DNA from: Lytechinus pictus
Taxonomy: Eukaryota
NCBI RefSeq assembly: GCF_037042905.1
Contig: NC_087251.1
Coordinates: 11,906,001 to 11,970,000 of the forward strand
Length of the DNA stretch: 64,000 nt
Direction of reading: 5' to 3'
Shown here: positions 12,018 to 26,000 of the stretch, one piece after another
How the letters are laid out: the number at the start of each line of letters is the position of its first letter
Numbering within the stretch: position 1 is the first letter of the stretch
The notes under the pieces: model-generated
The model's database searches: none
The model's input: only the letters and a program-made list of their open reading frames with translations
Told to the model about the DNA's origin: nothing
Program-made: the position numbers and the translations under genes

Positions 12018-14952
12018 TATTGGACACAACGTATGTAATCTGCTTTGTCATCATCCCATATATAGTCAGAGGGCATAAAACTCACCTTAAGCTACCAGTG
12101 CCATCTGAATTCTGGGTAATCCACTGAGGCGGCCATAAGCCCAGGATACACTGGGAAAATGGACTGTACCTCAGTGGAAATCTTCCTTAGGAAAGTTGCC
12201 AATACATTGTACCTTTGTAGAGCAAGCATATTGTTATAGATTTAAATGGCTTTGTTAGTCTGGAGACGGTTGGAACTATGATGCTTGTACCTTTCTTGTA
12301 CAATGTTGCACAAAAATGCTATTTGTGTGTAATTTGATATGGATTGGGACATGGTGGCCCAGAATGATTATTGTATGACAGGCTGTACTTTCCATTCATA
12401 TCACACAGAATGGATTATTGGAAATGAGGAAGTTGCTGTTTATTGATGTTTACTTTGAAAACAAGTGAAACTGAACTTAGCATGGCGTTACAAAGTTTGT
12501 ATTGGTGATGGATGGGGACAAGAGATAAAGAATTGTATAGATTCAAGTAAATTAGAATAATAAGAATAATTATGAATTGTTTGTGATTACTGGCTTGCTC
12601 TATAATCACAGACAATTTCCTTTTCAAGGGCAGAGGGATTACTTTTTATTGGTGGTATTTTTCACCTGAATTCAAACTATTTTCAATTTCAATCAATTGA
12701 TAACACAGGTTTGCTCGTACCCTCTCTTGTCTTGCAGAATATACTACTTTGCTTCATTCCGAATGAAAACAGTTGAATTGGTTGCATTTGTATGATTTAT
12801 CAGAAATGAATGACAGATTTATACACCATTTGCAGTGACTCTGTTGACTTTTGTGCCTGTTGGCATCTGAGATCTTAATGATGCTACAAAATTTTCATTC
12901 AAAATTTGCATTCCATTTGTGTTCAATTGCGTGTTCATGATGGTTAAAGAAGTTATAGTTTTACAAACTTTATTGGAGAGATTTCACACTATTTGATTTG
13001 ATTTTGGTGTGACCTATTTTTTCAATTCAATTTCTATGACTTTATATAGAAATCTAGGCTTAATGTTCTTACACGAGTTATGGGCCTATGTCTTGCAGTC
13101 TGGAGTTATGAAATTTGGAGTCATCTGCAGTATTCAATGTGATATTCTTTGAGGCCAGTAAATTCAGACACACATGGAAATTCCATGCTGGTAGTTATTC
13201 TACTGTTAATGGTGACATGGAAGAATCCTATTTGTGAAAGTGTTCCCCCTTGTCACTTTATTTGTAATTGCCCTCTCTTTGATAGATACAAGCCAATCAC
13301 ATACGGAACAACCTGAATTAATAAATTTTATCACAGTTGTAATTTACTATAAATTGGGGACTTTTAATGAGTAAAATTAAGTAAATTTAAGAAATATTGA
13401 TATTCTGAAATGAATAATGTCATATTTAATCTAACTGCAAGCCTTTCTTTTGGAATAAAGGCGGAATTTGACTTCAGCACAAGATTGTTCTTAAATTATG
13501 TTACTGTAATGTGACAAGGACTTTTAACCCCCGAGGTTTGTGAATGTACTTCAAATTGCTAAAACAGGAGTATCCATATTTTCAGATTTTTTCTAAAAAT
13601 TGTCCTTATTGCTAAGAATTATGGGTTTTTTGAAGGTGTGTAATTTGAAGTATAAAATAATGAATCTTAAATTAAATTTATAAACCATGAGTGCATATGA
13701 ATTGAAAGTGGTGGTGGTTTTTATTTTTAAAGGAAAAATTGTGCCTTTTATGTAGGTAATCTGTGCAATTCTATATGTTGATTTAAAAAATATATTTGAG
13801 AATAGGCAAATTCAATATGAGGAAACACAAACTATTTGAAATATCAACTCCAAGAGGCAGATTACACAGCTTACTAAGTTTTAAAAACAAAAACAAATCA
13901 AACACACCAATATATGGCATATTCTTAAAGCAACTGATTATTTTAATATCTCGTAACCATTTGATACAGTTCATTAATTTGCCTTATTAAAAACTTCTTG
14001 TACGTCAGGACCAACAGCTGCTTAAAATGTTTTATACAAGTCTTGTATCTTTGAAATTGTGAATAATTGGTAATTTACTAGGATCATTATGAATATGTAT
14101 ATGTATGTGTATACATAAATATGTGTGCTACTTACTTTCTTCAGAATTTATATCTATCAGATGCATTGTGACGATGCCTTTATTCCTTGTGAAATGCCTC
14201 TCAAAGGGAACGGTGGCATAGTGCCTGTAATCCAACTGCATGTGGAATTTACAAACCTATTCAGATATGTAGTTTGAGCCATGCTCTCAGTCATGTCTTA
14301 GGAGGCGGGGATGTCAAAGCTTGGTCCCTAGACAGAACTTATATCTTAATTGGTATACATCTGTATAAAAAAAAAAACCAAATACCCACACATACACACT
14401 CGGGCTAGTAAATATACAGGTACGTATATCAGTTTATTAACATTTTTCAAAGTGTCTATTATTGTTTAACATTATCATGATTCATTGTCAAGTATTAAAA
14501 TTATCTGTCCACTGTATCACCTGCAGTTATAATGCAGCTGATTTTTTAAAATATAAATTTGTAGCAAGCATTTTGTATAGTGCATTGTATTCAATGTTGT
14601 ATATATTCATTGTATATATGGTACAAGTATATTCTGTAGATAATAAATGTTCAACATTTGTATGGCTCAAATTTGTTTGTCTATGTTTCTTATTAATGGC
14701 AGTACTGATTTCATTATAATTCAGATGGATTACAAAAAAATAAGATACAGCAAATAGTAATATGATCTACCACAGTCTAACATAACAGACCAAATACAGA
14801 GTCATAGCAGATAAAAATTTATTTAATATACAGTTGATATTACTATTTTACAGAATCAATAAGTAATAAATATTTAATAAAGTATTGAATACTACAAAAT
14901 ATATTCATTATTTACAGTATTTTTTACAGCAGTAGAATACTTGAATACAAAG

Positions 14953-15909
14953 ACAAGTGGAATGCCTCTGGCCGTCTCACCTGCATCACGCGATTCAATA
15001 TAGCAGCAGTGCTGATTTTGAAAACTACTATAACTCGCACAAGATGTTCAGTGATACTTGGTTACTATTATTTCCACGTTTTATGAACTAGACCAATACA
15101 CTTATAGAGATATGATGGCAATTCAACAAATACCCCCAACGTGGCCAAAGTTCTTTGACCTTACATGACCTTTGACCTTGATCATGTGACCTGAAACTCG
15201 CACAGGATGTTCAGTGATACTTGATTACTATTATGTCCAAGTTTTATGAACTAGACCAACACACTTTCAAATTTATGGCTGTAATTCAACAAATACCCCA
15301 ATTTGGCCAAAGTTCATTGACCTTAAATGACCTTTGACCTTGATCATGTGACCTGAAACTTGCACAGGATGTTCAGTGATACTTGATTACTATTATGTCC
15401 AAGTTTCATGAATCAGATCCATAAACTTTGAAAGTTATGATGGTAATTCAACAGATACCCCCAATTCGGCCAAAGTTCATTGACCCTAAATGACCTTTGA
15501 CCTTGGTCATGTGATGTGAAACTCATGCAGGATGTTCAGTGATACTTGATTAACCTTATGTATAAGTTTCATGAACTAGGTCCATATATTTTCTAAGTTA
15601 TGATGACATTTCAAAAACTTAACCTTAGGTTAAGATTTTGATGTTGATTCCCCCAACATGGTCTAAGTTCATTGACCCTAAATGACCTTTGACCTTGGTC
15701 ATGTGACATGAAACTCAGGCAGGATGTTCAGTAATACTTGATTAACCTTATGGCCAAGTTTCATGAACTAGGTCCATATACTTTCTAAGTTATGCTGTCA
15801 TTTCAAAAACTTAACCTCAGGTTAAGATTTGGTGTTGACGCCGCCGCCGCCGTCGCCGTCGGAAAAGCGGCGCCTATAGTCTCACTCTGCTATGCAGGTG
15901 AGACAAAAA
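14953..15909 (+). mobile_element. Helentron/DINE-1-like non-autonomous element, family A copy 1
   Basis: Subterminal IR gtctcacctgca near the left end, five 160-190-bp internal tandem units, (GCC)n tract, terminal hairpin gtctcac...gtgagac followed by an A-run; no TSD seen. Confidence 0.8.
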
Positions 15910-16336
15910 CTGTATATATGTAGAAAAAACAAAGTTTTTAAATGAAAAGCTGGACGGCTTTCAGAAATAAGGCAGGAAATTTCATGAAGCACACACGCAA
16001 AGGAGGACTAACATTTGTTTTCCTCCTTAAAAAAATTAAAGGAAACATTTCAAAGATATCCAAGAAGTTCAATTCTGTTATCCATGATACACTGAGAATA
16101 AGCTGTATTAATGCTCCTTGAACACAGTTGAGTTTGCATAAATTAATAATCAACAACAAAGTTGACAAAATTTTTCAGACCAGGGGCCTGTTTCAGAAAA
16201 CTTGTTACAATAATAATAATAATAATAACAAATTTGCAATTAGAGATAAAGCTACTGAAATCCTTCAATCTGATAGTAAATTTGTTATAGAAATTGTGCA
16301 ATAGTTATTATAATAAGTCTTTAAAACCCTGATTAA

Positions 16337-16786
16337 AGGGAAAGTTCATCTTGACAAAAAGTTTATTGTAAAAATAGCAAAAAAGTAATAAAAAATATTC
16401 CTGAAGGTTTGAGAGAAATCCATCAAAGAATAAAAAAAGTTATTTGAATTTTAATTATTTTGTCATAGGCGAGCAACTTTCCTACATATCGTATGGTAAA
16501 AAAATCAATGAAATGTCATTTCTCAGAAAACTGAAAATGGTTTTTACTGTATCTTCAGTATATCAAGAGGCAAATCATTTCATACCTGTTCCTAAGAAGA
16601 AAACAAAAATAAGTCAACGAACCATTAAAAATTGAAATTTATGCATTTTATATTACATAACATATGGGGCAGCTGCTCGTTTATGATGTCACAAATCAAA
16701 AAAAATTTCCTCAAACCTTCAACAATATTTAAAAATATTTTTCTGCTATTTTTACAACAAACTTTTCTTCAGGGTGAACTTCCCCG
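16337..16786. mobile_element. TTAA-flanked MITE (Kolobok-like)
   Basis: TTAA|AGGGAAAGTTCATC ... GGTGAACTTCCCCG|TTAA with inverted arms. Confidence 0.75.
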
Positions 16787-17339
16787 TTAAGTTAAACATT
16801 TTATTTACAACGTTGACTTTCTCCAAAGTCAAACAGATTTGTGTGACACTGATGACTAACTGAAGTTGTGTCAAGCACATTTGCAAATATGATGCAAGCA
16901 CTCTGAAAACGCCAGTCTATTAATAGTTTGCATTACAGAAATTGTGTCGCAAATTGTTAGGTGCCCAATATCACTCAATTTGGTTGGTATGTCATTTATC
17001 ATTTCATTCATTTATTTCATTGGTATGGCATAAATAATTTGGCCAGAGTTGCATGGACTAACCTATGAAATCATTTGACAAGAACCATGTCTTGAGTTTC
17101 TCTGGGCAAATTTGAAGAATATATTGATACGCAAAGCTTATAATGCATGCTTAGTAGCATAAGTAGAGTGATATGACTCACTATTTATGTCTGTACAAGC
17201 CTTTAGTAAGATGGATAAATATGTCTGAGATATTGCTTGGAAGTAGACGCCAAAATGTTAAATATGGAAACCATCAAGAACTGAAAATTTGGATTAAACA
17301 TTGCTTCCTTTGTTCAAAGAAAGGCAGACTTTGCCATTT

Positions 17340-20300
17340 TCAGGCACTTTCTGCAGCCTTCTTGATGGCCTCCAGGACTGTCACAGCAGCAAGTAGCTCT
17401 AGTCCCACATCATATGATCCGCTGTCATTACAAGCTCTGATGATCTTCTGCCATGAGCTCACTTTGGTGTCGGGATCTTGGAAGACTAGGTCCTTCAATC
17501 GCAACTTACTAGAACCTATAAGTTAGAATAGAGTAATGGAATTTAACTCAATTATTGGGTGGTATTCTGAGAATTTAACCTAGGCTTAACCAGAGTCTAA
17601 ACTAGAATTTTAAATCACACTACTATGGAATGCTGGGCTTCATGATATTTCTTCTAAATTCGTAACAATTCTAATGTACTAATTAATTCATTGAAATTAA
17701 TTGTATTTTCATATTCTTCCCGTTTCATGACTCAAATAATATTTCACCATTTTTTTGCAGCAGGATAAGAATAATTTTTAATTGGTGACTAAGCTGACAA
17801 CTGGCACTCTATAAAAGAGTGGTTTAACTAAACCATGGCTAACAGAATACCACCCAATTACTTTATCATTCTCTCAAGAGAAGCCAGTGAAACAAGTTTA
17901 TTATATGTGAACAGGTTCTCTAAGATCACATTTCAATAATTAATCAAAGGAAATCAAATCTATGGTCTTTATAGACAAGTGGTCCTTTGATACAGATGGT
18001 TGATATGGCAGGATGACTGTACAATCAATATTTGTGATTGATTTTTAATTGTTTGTCCCATATTTTACCCTTAATTTGGCAATGAAATGGAAAGTTTGAA
18101 ATAAGTTTTTAATGCAAACTTGACAACCTTATAACTTATTAATATATCTGGCAGAAATGATTTCTTGAATGCGCCGAGTGCTGGAATTGAATAGCAATTC
18201 ATCCTAAAGCTGTTGTAATAATAGTGCTTTGTATCCTCTGTAAAATGCACTAAATAAATCTAGCTATCATGAATTCTGCGAGTGTAAAGTTAATCCGAGC
18301 ACCCCGTTCATGGGCACAAAACAGGATTTACATGTAAACCTTTAGATGGATGGATGGATGGTTATTTTCTGTCATTTAAGACTACTTAAGATACATCTGT
18401 ATATTTGTTCTAAAATGCAAAGCTTCAAGAGAAATATTATTATTGCCAATTTGAAGATGAAAATCTTCAATGATAAAGGCAGAAATAATTCACTATCATA
18501 CCTGAGATAATACTATGATGGATATTATCAATCAGCTCTACACCTATCTGATGATGGTCCTGAGTCTTGAGTAGGGTGCTGACCACTGAACCTACAGAAA
18601 GAGCTGGTCTGGTGGAGTGACCACTAGGCTGGACCAAGACCTCGGCCAGGGATAGAGATGGACATGCTACCAGCACTCCCAAGTAGGCATCTGGGAAAAT
18701 TTGATTCATTAAAACTTATTGACTCTGATTTTGAAATATACCAAAATACAGCTTTGCATATAAAGTTCTATCTTCTGGAATGGATGAGATACAAAATAAT
18801 AGACACGCACAACTTCAATATATGATCTAGCCATACTAAATAGGCAATACGTAATGAGCGATTTTCACGAATATAAAGACCTCTGTGATCTTTGGCTTCA
18901 CCCTGATACCACAAGCCAATCATATCATTATCATCCCTTCATGTATACATGGCCTTAGTTACGGCTTGATCCATGAAACAAGGCAAAAGCGATTTTGTGT
19001 CTCGCCCACTTATGAAAATAACCAGAAATATCGTGATTTGCGAGGGCACGCAACAGAATTGTATTGAAACTTCATTGTGAAATGACTGGGATGGAATAAC
19101 ACTTGTCATAAGAGCCTTGCATGTAAACTTTAATGTTGACCTGAAAATGACCTTTGACCTTACCATGTGACCTCCGACTGCAGCATAACATGCAGGTCAC
19201 CTAAGTACATCTACCATCCAAGTTTTGTTGAAAAGTGACTTACGGTTGCGGAGTTAGGTGTCATAAGAGAGTCTTGCATGTAAACTTTAACATTGACCTG
19301 ATAATGACCTTTGACCTAACCATGTGACCTCCAACTGCAGCATCACATGCAGGTCCCACAAGTCTATCTACCATCCAAGTTTGGTTGAAAAGTGACTTAC
19401 GGTTGCGGAGTTAGGTGTCATAAGAGAGTCTTGCATGTAAACTTTAACGTTGACCTAAAAATTACCTTTGACCTTACCATGTGACCTCCGACTGCAGCAT
19501 AACATGCAGGTCCCCCAAGTCCATCTACCATCCAAGTTTGGTTGATAAGTGACTAATGGTTGCGGAGTTAGGTGTCATAAGAGTCTTGCATGTAGATTTT
19601 TAACGTTGACCTGCATGTAAACTTTAACGTTGACCTGAAAATGACCTCTGACCTTACCATGTGACCTCCGACTGCAGCATAACATGCAGATCCTCCAAGT
19701 CCATCTACCATCCAAGTTTGGTTGAAAAGTGACTTACGGTTGTGGAGTTATGTGTCATTAGGTTTGTGACGGACGGACGACGGACAGACGACGGACGACA
19801 TTTGGATCCCTAAGTCTCGCCTTCACCTCTGGTGGGCGATACAAAAATTACTCTATCACAAGATAATGGAAACACAGGCTTATGGATGGATAACCCTGAA
19901 AGTCATGTCTCCTGCACCAACTATGGTGCGCACAGGCGGAAAAATGCCAATATTGCAATACCAAGACATGTTTTCAATCATATCTCTCAGCATGATAAGA
20001 GCACACGAGGTAAAATAATAAAATATTAATAAGTCGAATTTGGTTGCCATGTCCTGTACCTTATGTTGACATTGTAGGGCAGTATGGGTATACTATTCAA
20101 ACTCAGTTGCATCTTATAAATTGATACATTCCAGAATCTTACCACGACTGAAGTTAACTGACTGTGCATACTCCATCATGGCATGAACCCTGCCTTGCTT
20201 AGACATACACACAGCAGCTTGAAGATGAGCTCCCACCTTCGTATAGACTGCCTGAGCTAGAGGAAGGCATTGAATGACCACATCCTGACCTCTGACCTGC

Positions 20301-23061
20301 TGACCTCTACCCTGGGCGTAGTTATATAGGAGATGACCCAAGGGCTCTGAGTAGGTCAGCCTGGATGGGAAGAGAGAAAAGGTTAAGGGTTGAAGGAAGT
20401 TCAATGACCTGGGTGGTGTTTGACACAGAGTTGGGTGTGAATTCAAGTCACACAAAATCACCATCGAACACATGATGTGAATTTACACCAAATCTCATTT
20501 GATGAATAGAGTACATCCCCTTAGCATGATCTGACCAAGGTGGTTATATGCAAATGATATGTAACACCTCATCTTATTGATGAATACACAGTGGTACACA
20601 TCCTAATGTGGTGATGCACTTTGCTCTGCACACAACTAAGATTTGAGTGCAATTTTACATCAAACTTAACTCTTTGTGGAACATCCCCCTGGAATTCATT
20701 GCTATTGATCAGAGGAGTTTGGCCAACCCGGTGGGTGTTTCATAAAAATTGAAGTGTGACTAAAATTTACACTCAAATTCATAACATGTGTCACTGCATT
20801 GGTCATATCATTCTTAGAGGACGCACGCTTCCGCATATTAATCAATGAGATTGTGTGTTACATATCGTGCGCACGTCAGCACTAAGCTGACTTTAAGTCA
20901 CACTTAATCTTGTGATACATCCCCTGGTTTGTGTTGCTTTGACAGGCAAGAACAGAACAGAAAGAATATGTGCCATGTTATGATGAGCAAAAAGCATATT
21001 GGTCCTAAATTTTGTAATAATGACTGTGCTTGAACTCAATGATCCATATCCTGCCGGGAGGGGGTCAGGGTGTTTCACAAAGATTAACAAGTGACTTAAA
21101 ATCACACCTAACTTCCTAAAAACAAATTAAAGCACTTTGGATCCCAGAAAAAAATGCATGCCTAACTTTCCTCATATACCACTAAATTGCAGTATTGGCT
21201 TTGAGATGGTCTTTATATTTAATGAGTGTTTACAATCATGGGAAACAAAATGTATTCTATTATGATTGTGGATACTGGTATATATTTTTTCTCATTTATG
21301 GCATTGACCATTATACGCAATCGATCATAAAAATCATTGGTAAGATCAATCATTAAGCTTTGGGTTACAGGTCCACACAGCTTTTGTCAATTGAAGAGAT
21401 ATTTCATGTTTATTGAGATAAATGAGCGATTTTTCTCACAATGTCAGAACAAGGATTTAGGCTTATGTTGAAAAAGCAACAGTTCAACATGTGGGATATA
21501 AGACTCACCAGTTATTTGCAATCCAGTGTGTGACAATATCAAGACGATCCTCAGTGAGGGCGCTCTTCACACATTCCAGGGTGGTATCAGCATTGGGAGG
21601 CACACCTATGGCAGGCACCGACGACATCAGAGATTCAGCATATATCAACAGAGGGGACTTCTGACCACGCTTCACTCGAACACCTGCATAAGGTTTGAGA
21701 TCAACATGAAATTTACAATGCTTTTTTTCTAGGCGGCTTTATTTTCGTGAGAACCTTTAGAGAATATAACGAATCAAGTTTATAGTCTGAGTAGTTGCAG
21801 TGAGAAATAACTTTAAGAGAAATTCTATATAATCAAGTGTAAGAGCAAGTTACTGGTAGTTCTGACAAAATTAATTCCAACAGAATCTAAGAAAAAGATC
21901 ATCAAGTGTAAGCGTTACGTGCCAAACGACTGACATAAAATGAGTAATTCTTCATATAAGCAAAATAATAAGAAAGGAATTACGTCATAACAATTGCCAT
22001 TTTCCATGTTTTTAAAGTGTCCACATGATTTTATCTGGGTTGGCAATTTTCATCATTTTCGGTTTTCATATACTTGTCTTTCACATTAAACTCGCTAAAA
22101 CAATATCCGAACATACTAGATCACGATGTTGAATAAGTCAAGATTCTACAGGAGAAAGAAAATTCACATCACCTTTAAATCTTTGCAATGTTTCTGGGTT
22201 TCGTAGGATCCCTTTAGGACTGTTTGCTGCATGCATAGCAGCCTCTACATAGTGAGCCTCTTCAAACATCTCATTGAACTGTTCTATGTATTCAAGCAAC
22301 AACTCGGCCTCTCTTTCCTTGGTGGGATCATCATCTTCAAAGGTGGATGTTGTCTCCTGACCTGGATGATAGACAAATAAGAACGAATAGGTAAACTGAG
22401 TGAATAAATGGAATAACTTAATATTTACGGGGATGCCAGTTAGTTTTACTTACTGGGACTGAAAAGAAGCCAGAACATCTTAAAGCCCCATATGTGCTGT
22501 ACAATTTAAAGCCTGAAAAAGCTTGAAACACGAAGTCTCCGAGTGTCTCTTATTTGATATACTGAATTATATGCAGTCAGTTCCCCATGGCATTCAAGCT
22601 ACATTCTAAATATAATTCAAATTCAAAACAGAACTTATGATACACATTAATGGTATAATGCATCCCCTCTTTAGTTAATCACAATCTTGGATTTTGTTTC
22701 AATAGGCTATAGTGTATACTTACTTCTGACACTCATCATGGAGCCTGATCTTGTCAGAGCAAAAGATACTGCTTCAGCTGGTCCAAAGATAAACCGTTTC
22801 TCTTTGTAGTATGAAGCCAATGCATCCAGGGCAATCCTCACCTTCAGACACCTAGAAATTTAACCACGTTCAAGACAATGAATAATTGAAAACCTTACAC
22901 AATAAAATATCGAACTTTAAATTGGCAACATTGCTATTTTCATTTCATGATTGCCTTTTTTGCTTTTAATTTTTATGCATGAGATACCTTCTCCTAATAA
23001 AACCCCCCATCATTATACTCACCACCAGCATCACAACCACCACCATCATCACCACTGTCAA

Positions 23062-23096
<35 letters not shown>

Positions 23097-26000
23097 CCAC
23101 CACCACCATCATCATCATTGTCCGCCCCTCTTCCTCCTCATCTCACCTCTCCTTTAACTGTTGATTCTGCTCTTGTACATGATCCCTGGCTTTGGTCTTA
23201 TTCTCTAGTTGAGTTTTGAGTTCATTCTTCCTCTCTTTGGTTGAGTACTTGGTTACCTTAGTCTGCTTCAGGGCTGACAGTACATCTTTGAGACGATTTA
23301 TCTCACTCTCCAATTTGTCCAAATCCGTGCATTCATCTAAGTCCATTCCTAAATAAAATAGATCAATTATTATTGTAGAAATTAGAAAATATACTTCTGA
23401 TGGAATCAGAGTTTATAATCAACAATAACTTGAAGTTTTATATGCTATGGAAGCCTGTAATTATCTAAAAGAGATTTGTTTTGCACCATGTCTGAAAATG
23501 CTTAGCAGGCAGAGCAGGTTTGTGGGTTGGACAAGCAGCATGCAACACATAGGGAGTAAAGATGACTGTAAAAATTAGAAATGGTTTGTTGTAAATATCT
23601 TTAAAAAGATGAATGACTGTTTACTCTGGAAAGCTCCAGTGATTCCTTAAATGTTTGTAATCATGATTAATAGAATGGCTGATTCAGATTTTGCACCTTG
23701 GACAAAGTAAATAAAAACCAGATGTCAACATAATTAACAACTTTATAGCTAGGATGAATAAAAAGTAATTTCTATGCCTTTTCTCATAAATGACATCATA
23801 ATTACACTTCTGCAATATATTTAGTATGAGGGATCACCATTGTCTTTTCACATGCCAAGTCATTTGAATAAAGTTTTCTTATTTCACACACACCTATAAC
23901 AAGCATTGCATGGTGACTACCATATAAGCAATGTTTTTATTATGTTGCTGTAGAATTACATTACCTTTTAGCATCCTATTTGGCATTGTGGGCATTTTTT
24001 TCTTTGATTCTTCTATCTTTTCCTCTGCTTTTCTCTTCACTTCTTCCCTCGCTCGGTAAATCTCTGCAATCTTTTCAAGTTCAGCTTTGAACTTCTCATT
24101 ATCAGCTTTCACTAGACCAAGTCTGTAAAGTATAATATGAAACAAATAGATAAATGAAATGAATGCTGTAAGTTTGTTGCAATCTACCATAAGACAGGAG
24201 AGAAAATATACCACTCAATGCAATTTTATACAGCAATGGTTATCACTCTCTTTATTTCATATCGTTGCACAATTTCCTCTAATAAACTTTCTTTATTTTT
24301 GCTTTATCAAACAAGGTTCATATTCACAGTATAACTCAACTTTATTTTTTAATATATGCATGCCCCAAAAAGCATGCATCCATATTGAATTAGTTTTTCA
24401 AATCTGCTTTTAATTACAGGATTACTTCATAAAAGAAAGCACTGACCAAAAGAAATTACCAAAAGGATTATCAACATTCTGTTACACATTAGTTTTGTAA
24501 GGCTTTGGGTATGCAACTTTTTTTTTGTAAAATGAGACAGAAAAATATGCATCACCCCAGCTCAAACCCCACTACAAGATGTATAATTTTTAGCTATTTA
24601 TTAAAAAAAAAGTTGACAGTAAGTGATATAATGATTAAACTAGCATACTTATTCAACACGATCAGCTATAACTCATATAACCTCTTGGTTCAATGTACAA
24701 CTTTAGGGAGTGATTTGAAGAATAAAAGGGAAACAGAAGTTTGATGTTGAAGGCTTGCTCAAAAGGAGATGTGCATACTGTGCAAGTTCTGTTGAAATCT
24801 ACGGAAATCTACGCTAAATAGGCAAAATAAAAAAAATAAAGTCAAAACCTGCTTTAGCAAACACTTGTATTTAAGAAAGACCCGGGGGGGCCACTTCCAT
24901 TCACGAGTGGATACCATGCGCGACCATGGGGTCTCGAAAAGCACCCTAAACACGTAATTTCCATATTCTGAAAATGCGCCCCTTAACAAGTATTGGCGTG
25001 TGAAACCCTACCCTTAACAAGTATTGGTAACAAAACGATACTCTTGGCAAATGTTCCCTGAAATGAACCCCTAAACAAGTACAGGAATGTTTTATTGTTA
25101 CGGGTCCTTCGGTCGTCGGCTTTACCTTATTTGGTTTAGTACGACCCCACCTTCTACACCTCGCGCAAATCGGACTCTAAACACGAAGTGTTGGGGCAAA
25201 AAGGACATCCTTTATAAAACATTTTAATTTTGTTTTATCATCCCCGCGAATTTGACCCTAAACACGTAATTTTCCTAGCGAAATAGATACCCTTTTTTCA
25301 TTATTTTTGTGTTTTTGACACCCTTATCACGTTACGTACGTAACGTGCCCTATCGTGAAAAAGACATCCTTTTTACGTGTTTTTTTGGTCGCGCATGGTA
25401 TCCACTCGTCAATGTAAGTGGCCCCCCCGGGAAGAAAGATCACCCCTCTATGAAGACCATAAACTTGTTTCCCTTGAAAAATTTTCCCAATTATTGTAGG
25501 AACCTGTTCCTAAAGACCACCTGCTCTTAAAGACTGTACCGATATTTCTTGTCTCCCTTGAGAGGCCTTTAATAATAGATTTCACTGTAATAAAAGGTTA
25601 ACTAGCACATCAATGATGTGGAGCTCATCCGGCATTTCGCAACGAAATTTAACACAATTTTAATTTCAGCCCAGTTGACACTGTAGTGAATTATATTGGT
25701 GACATAAATTGAGGATACAGAATTGAAATTAATGAAGAATTTTTTGTGATCTATGAATAAATTTCATATAAATTAAGCATAAATAACTTTCTAGTCAAAA
25801 TTTCTTAACTCTGTGTAGAACCTTGGTGAACCTCATGTAGCTCTCAGATGGAACAAAAATAATCAAAATCAATCAACAAATAAATAAGTAATTTTTGTGA
25901 GATTGGGAAATATATGAATAAATAAGCATATTTTATGAATTTCAAAATTCTGTGTTGAAATTTTGTATCACCACTTCGAGCTATCATACAAAGCAAACAA

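Noticed and set aside
22951..23164. Poly-His / poly-Ile ORFs
   Set aside because: Translations of the CAT microsatellite; the same applies to 48349-48650.
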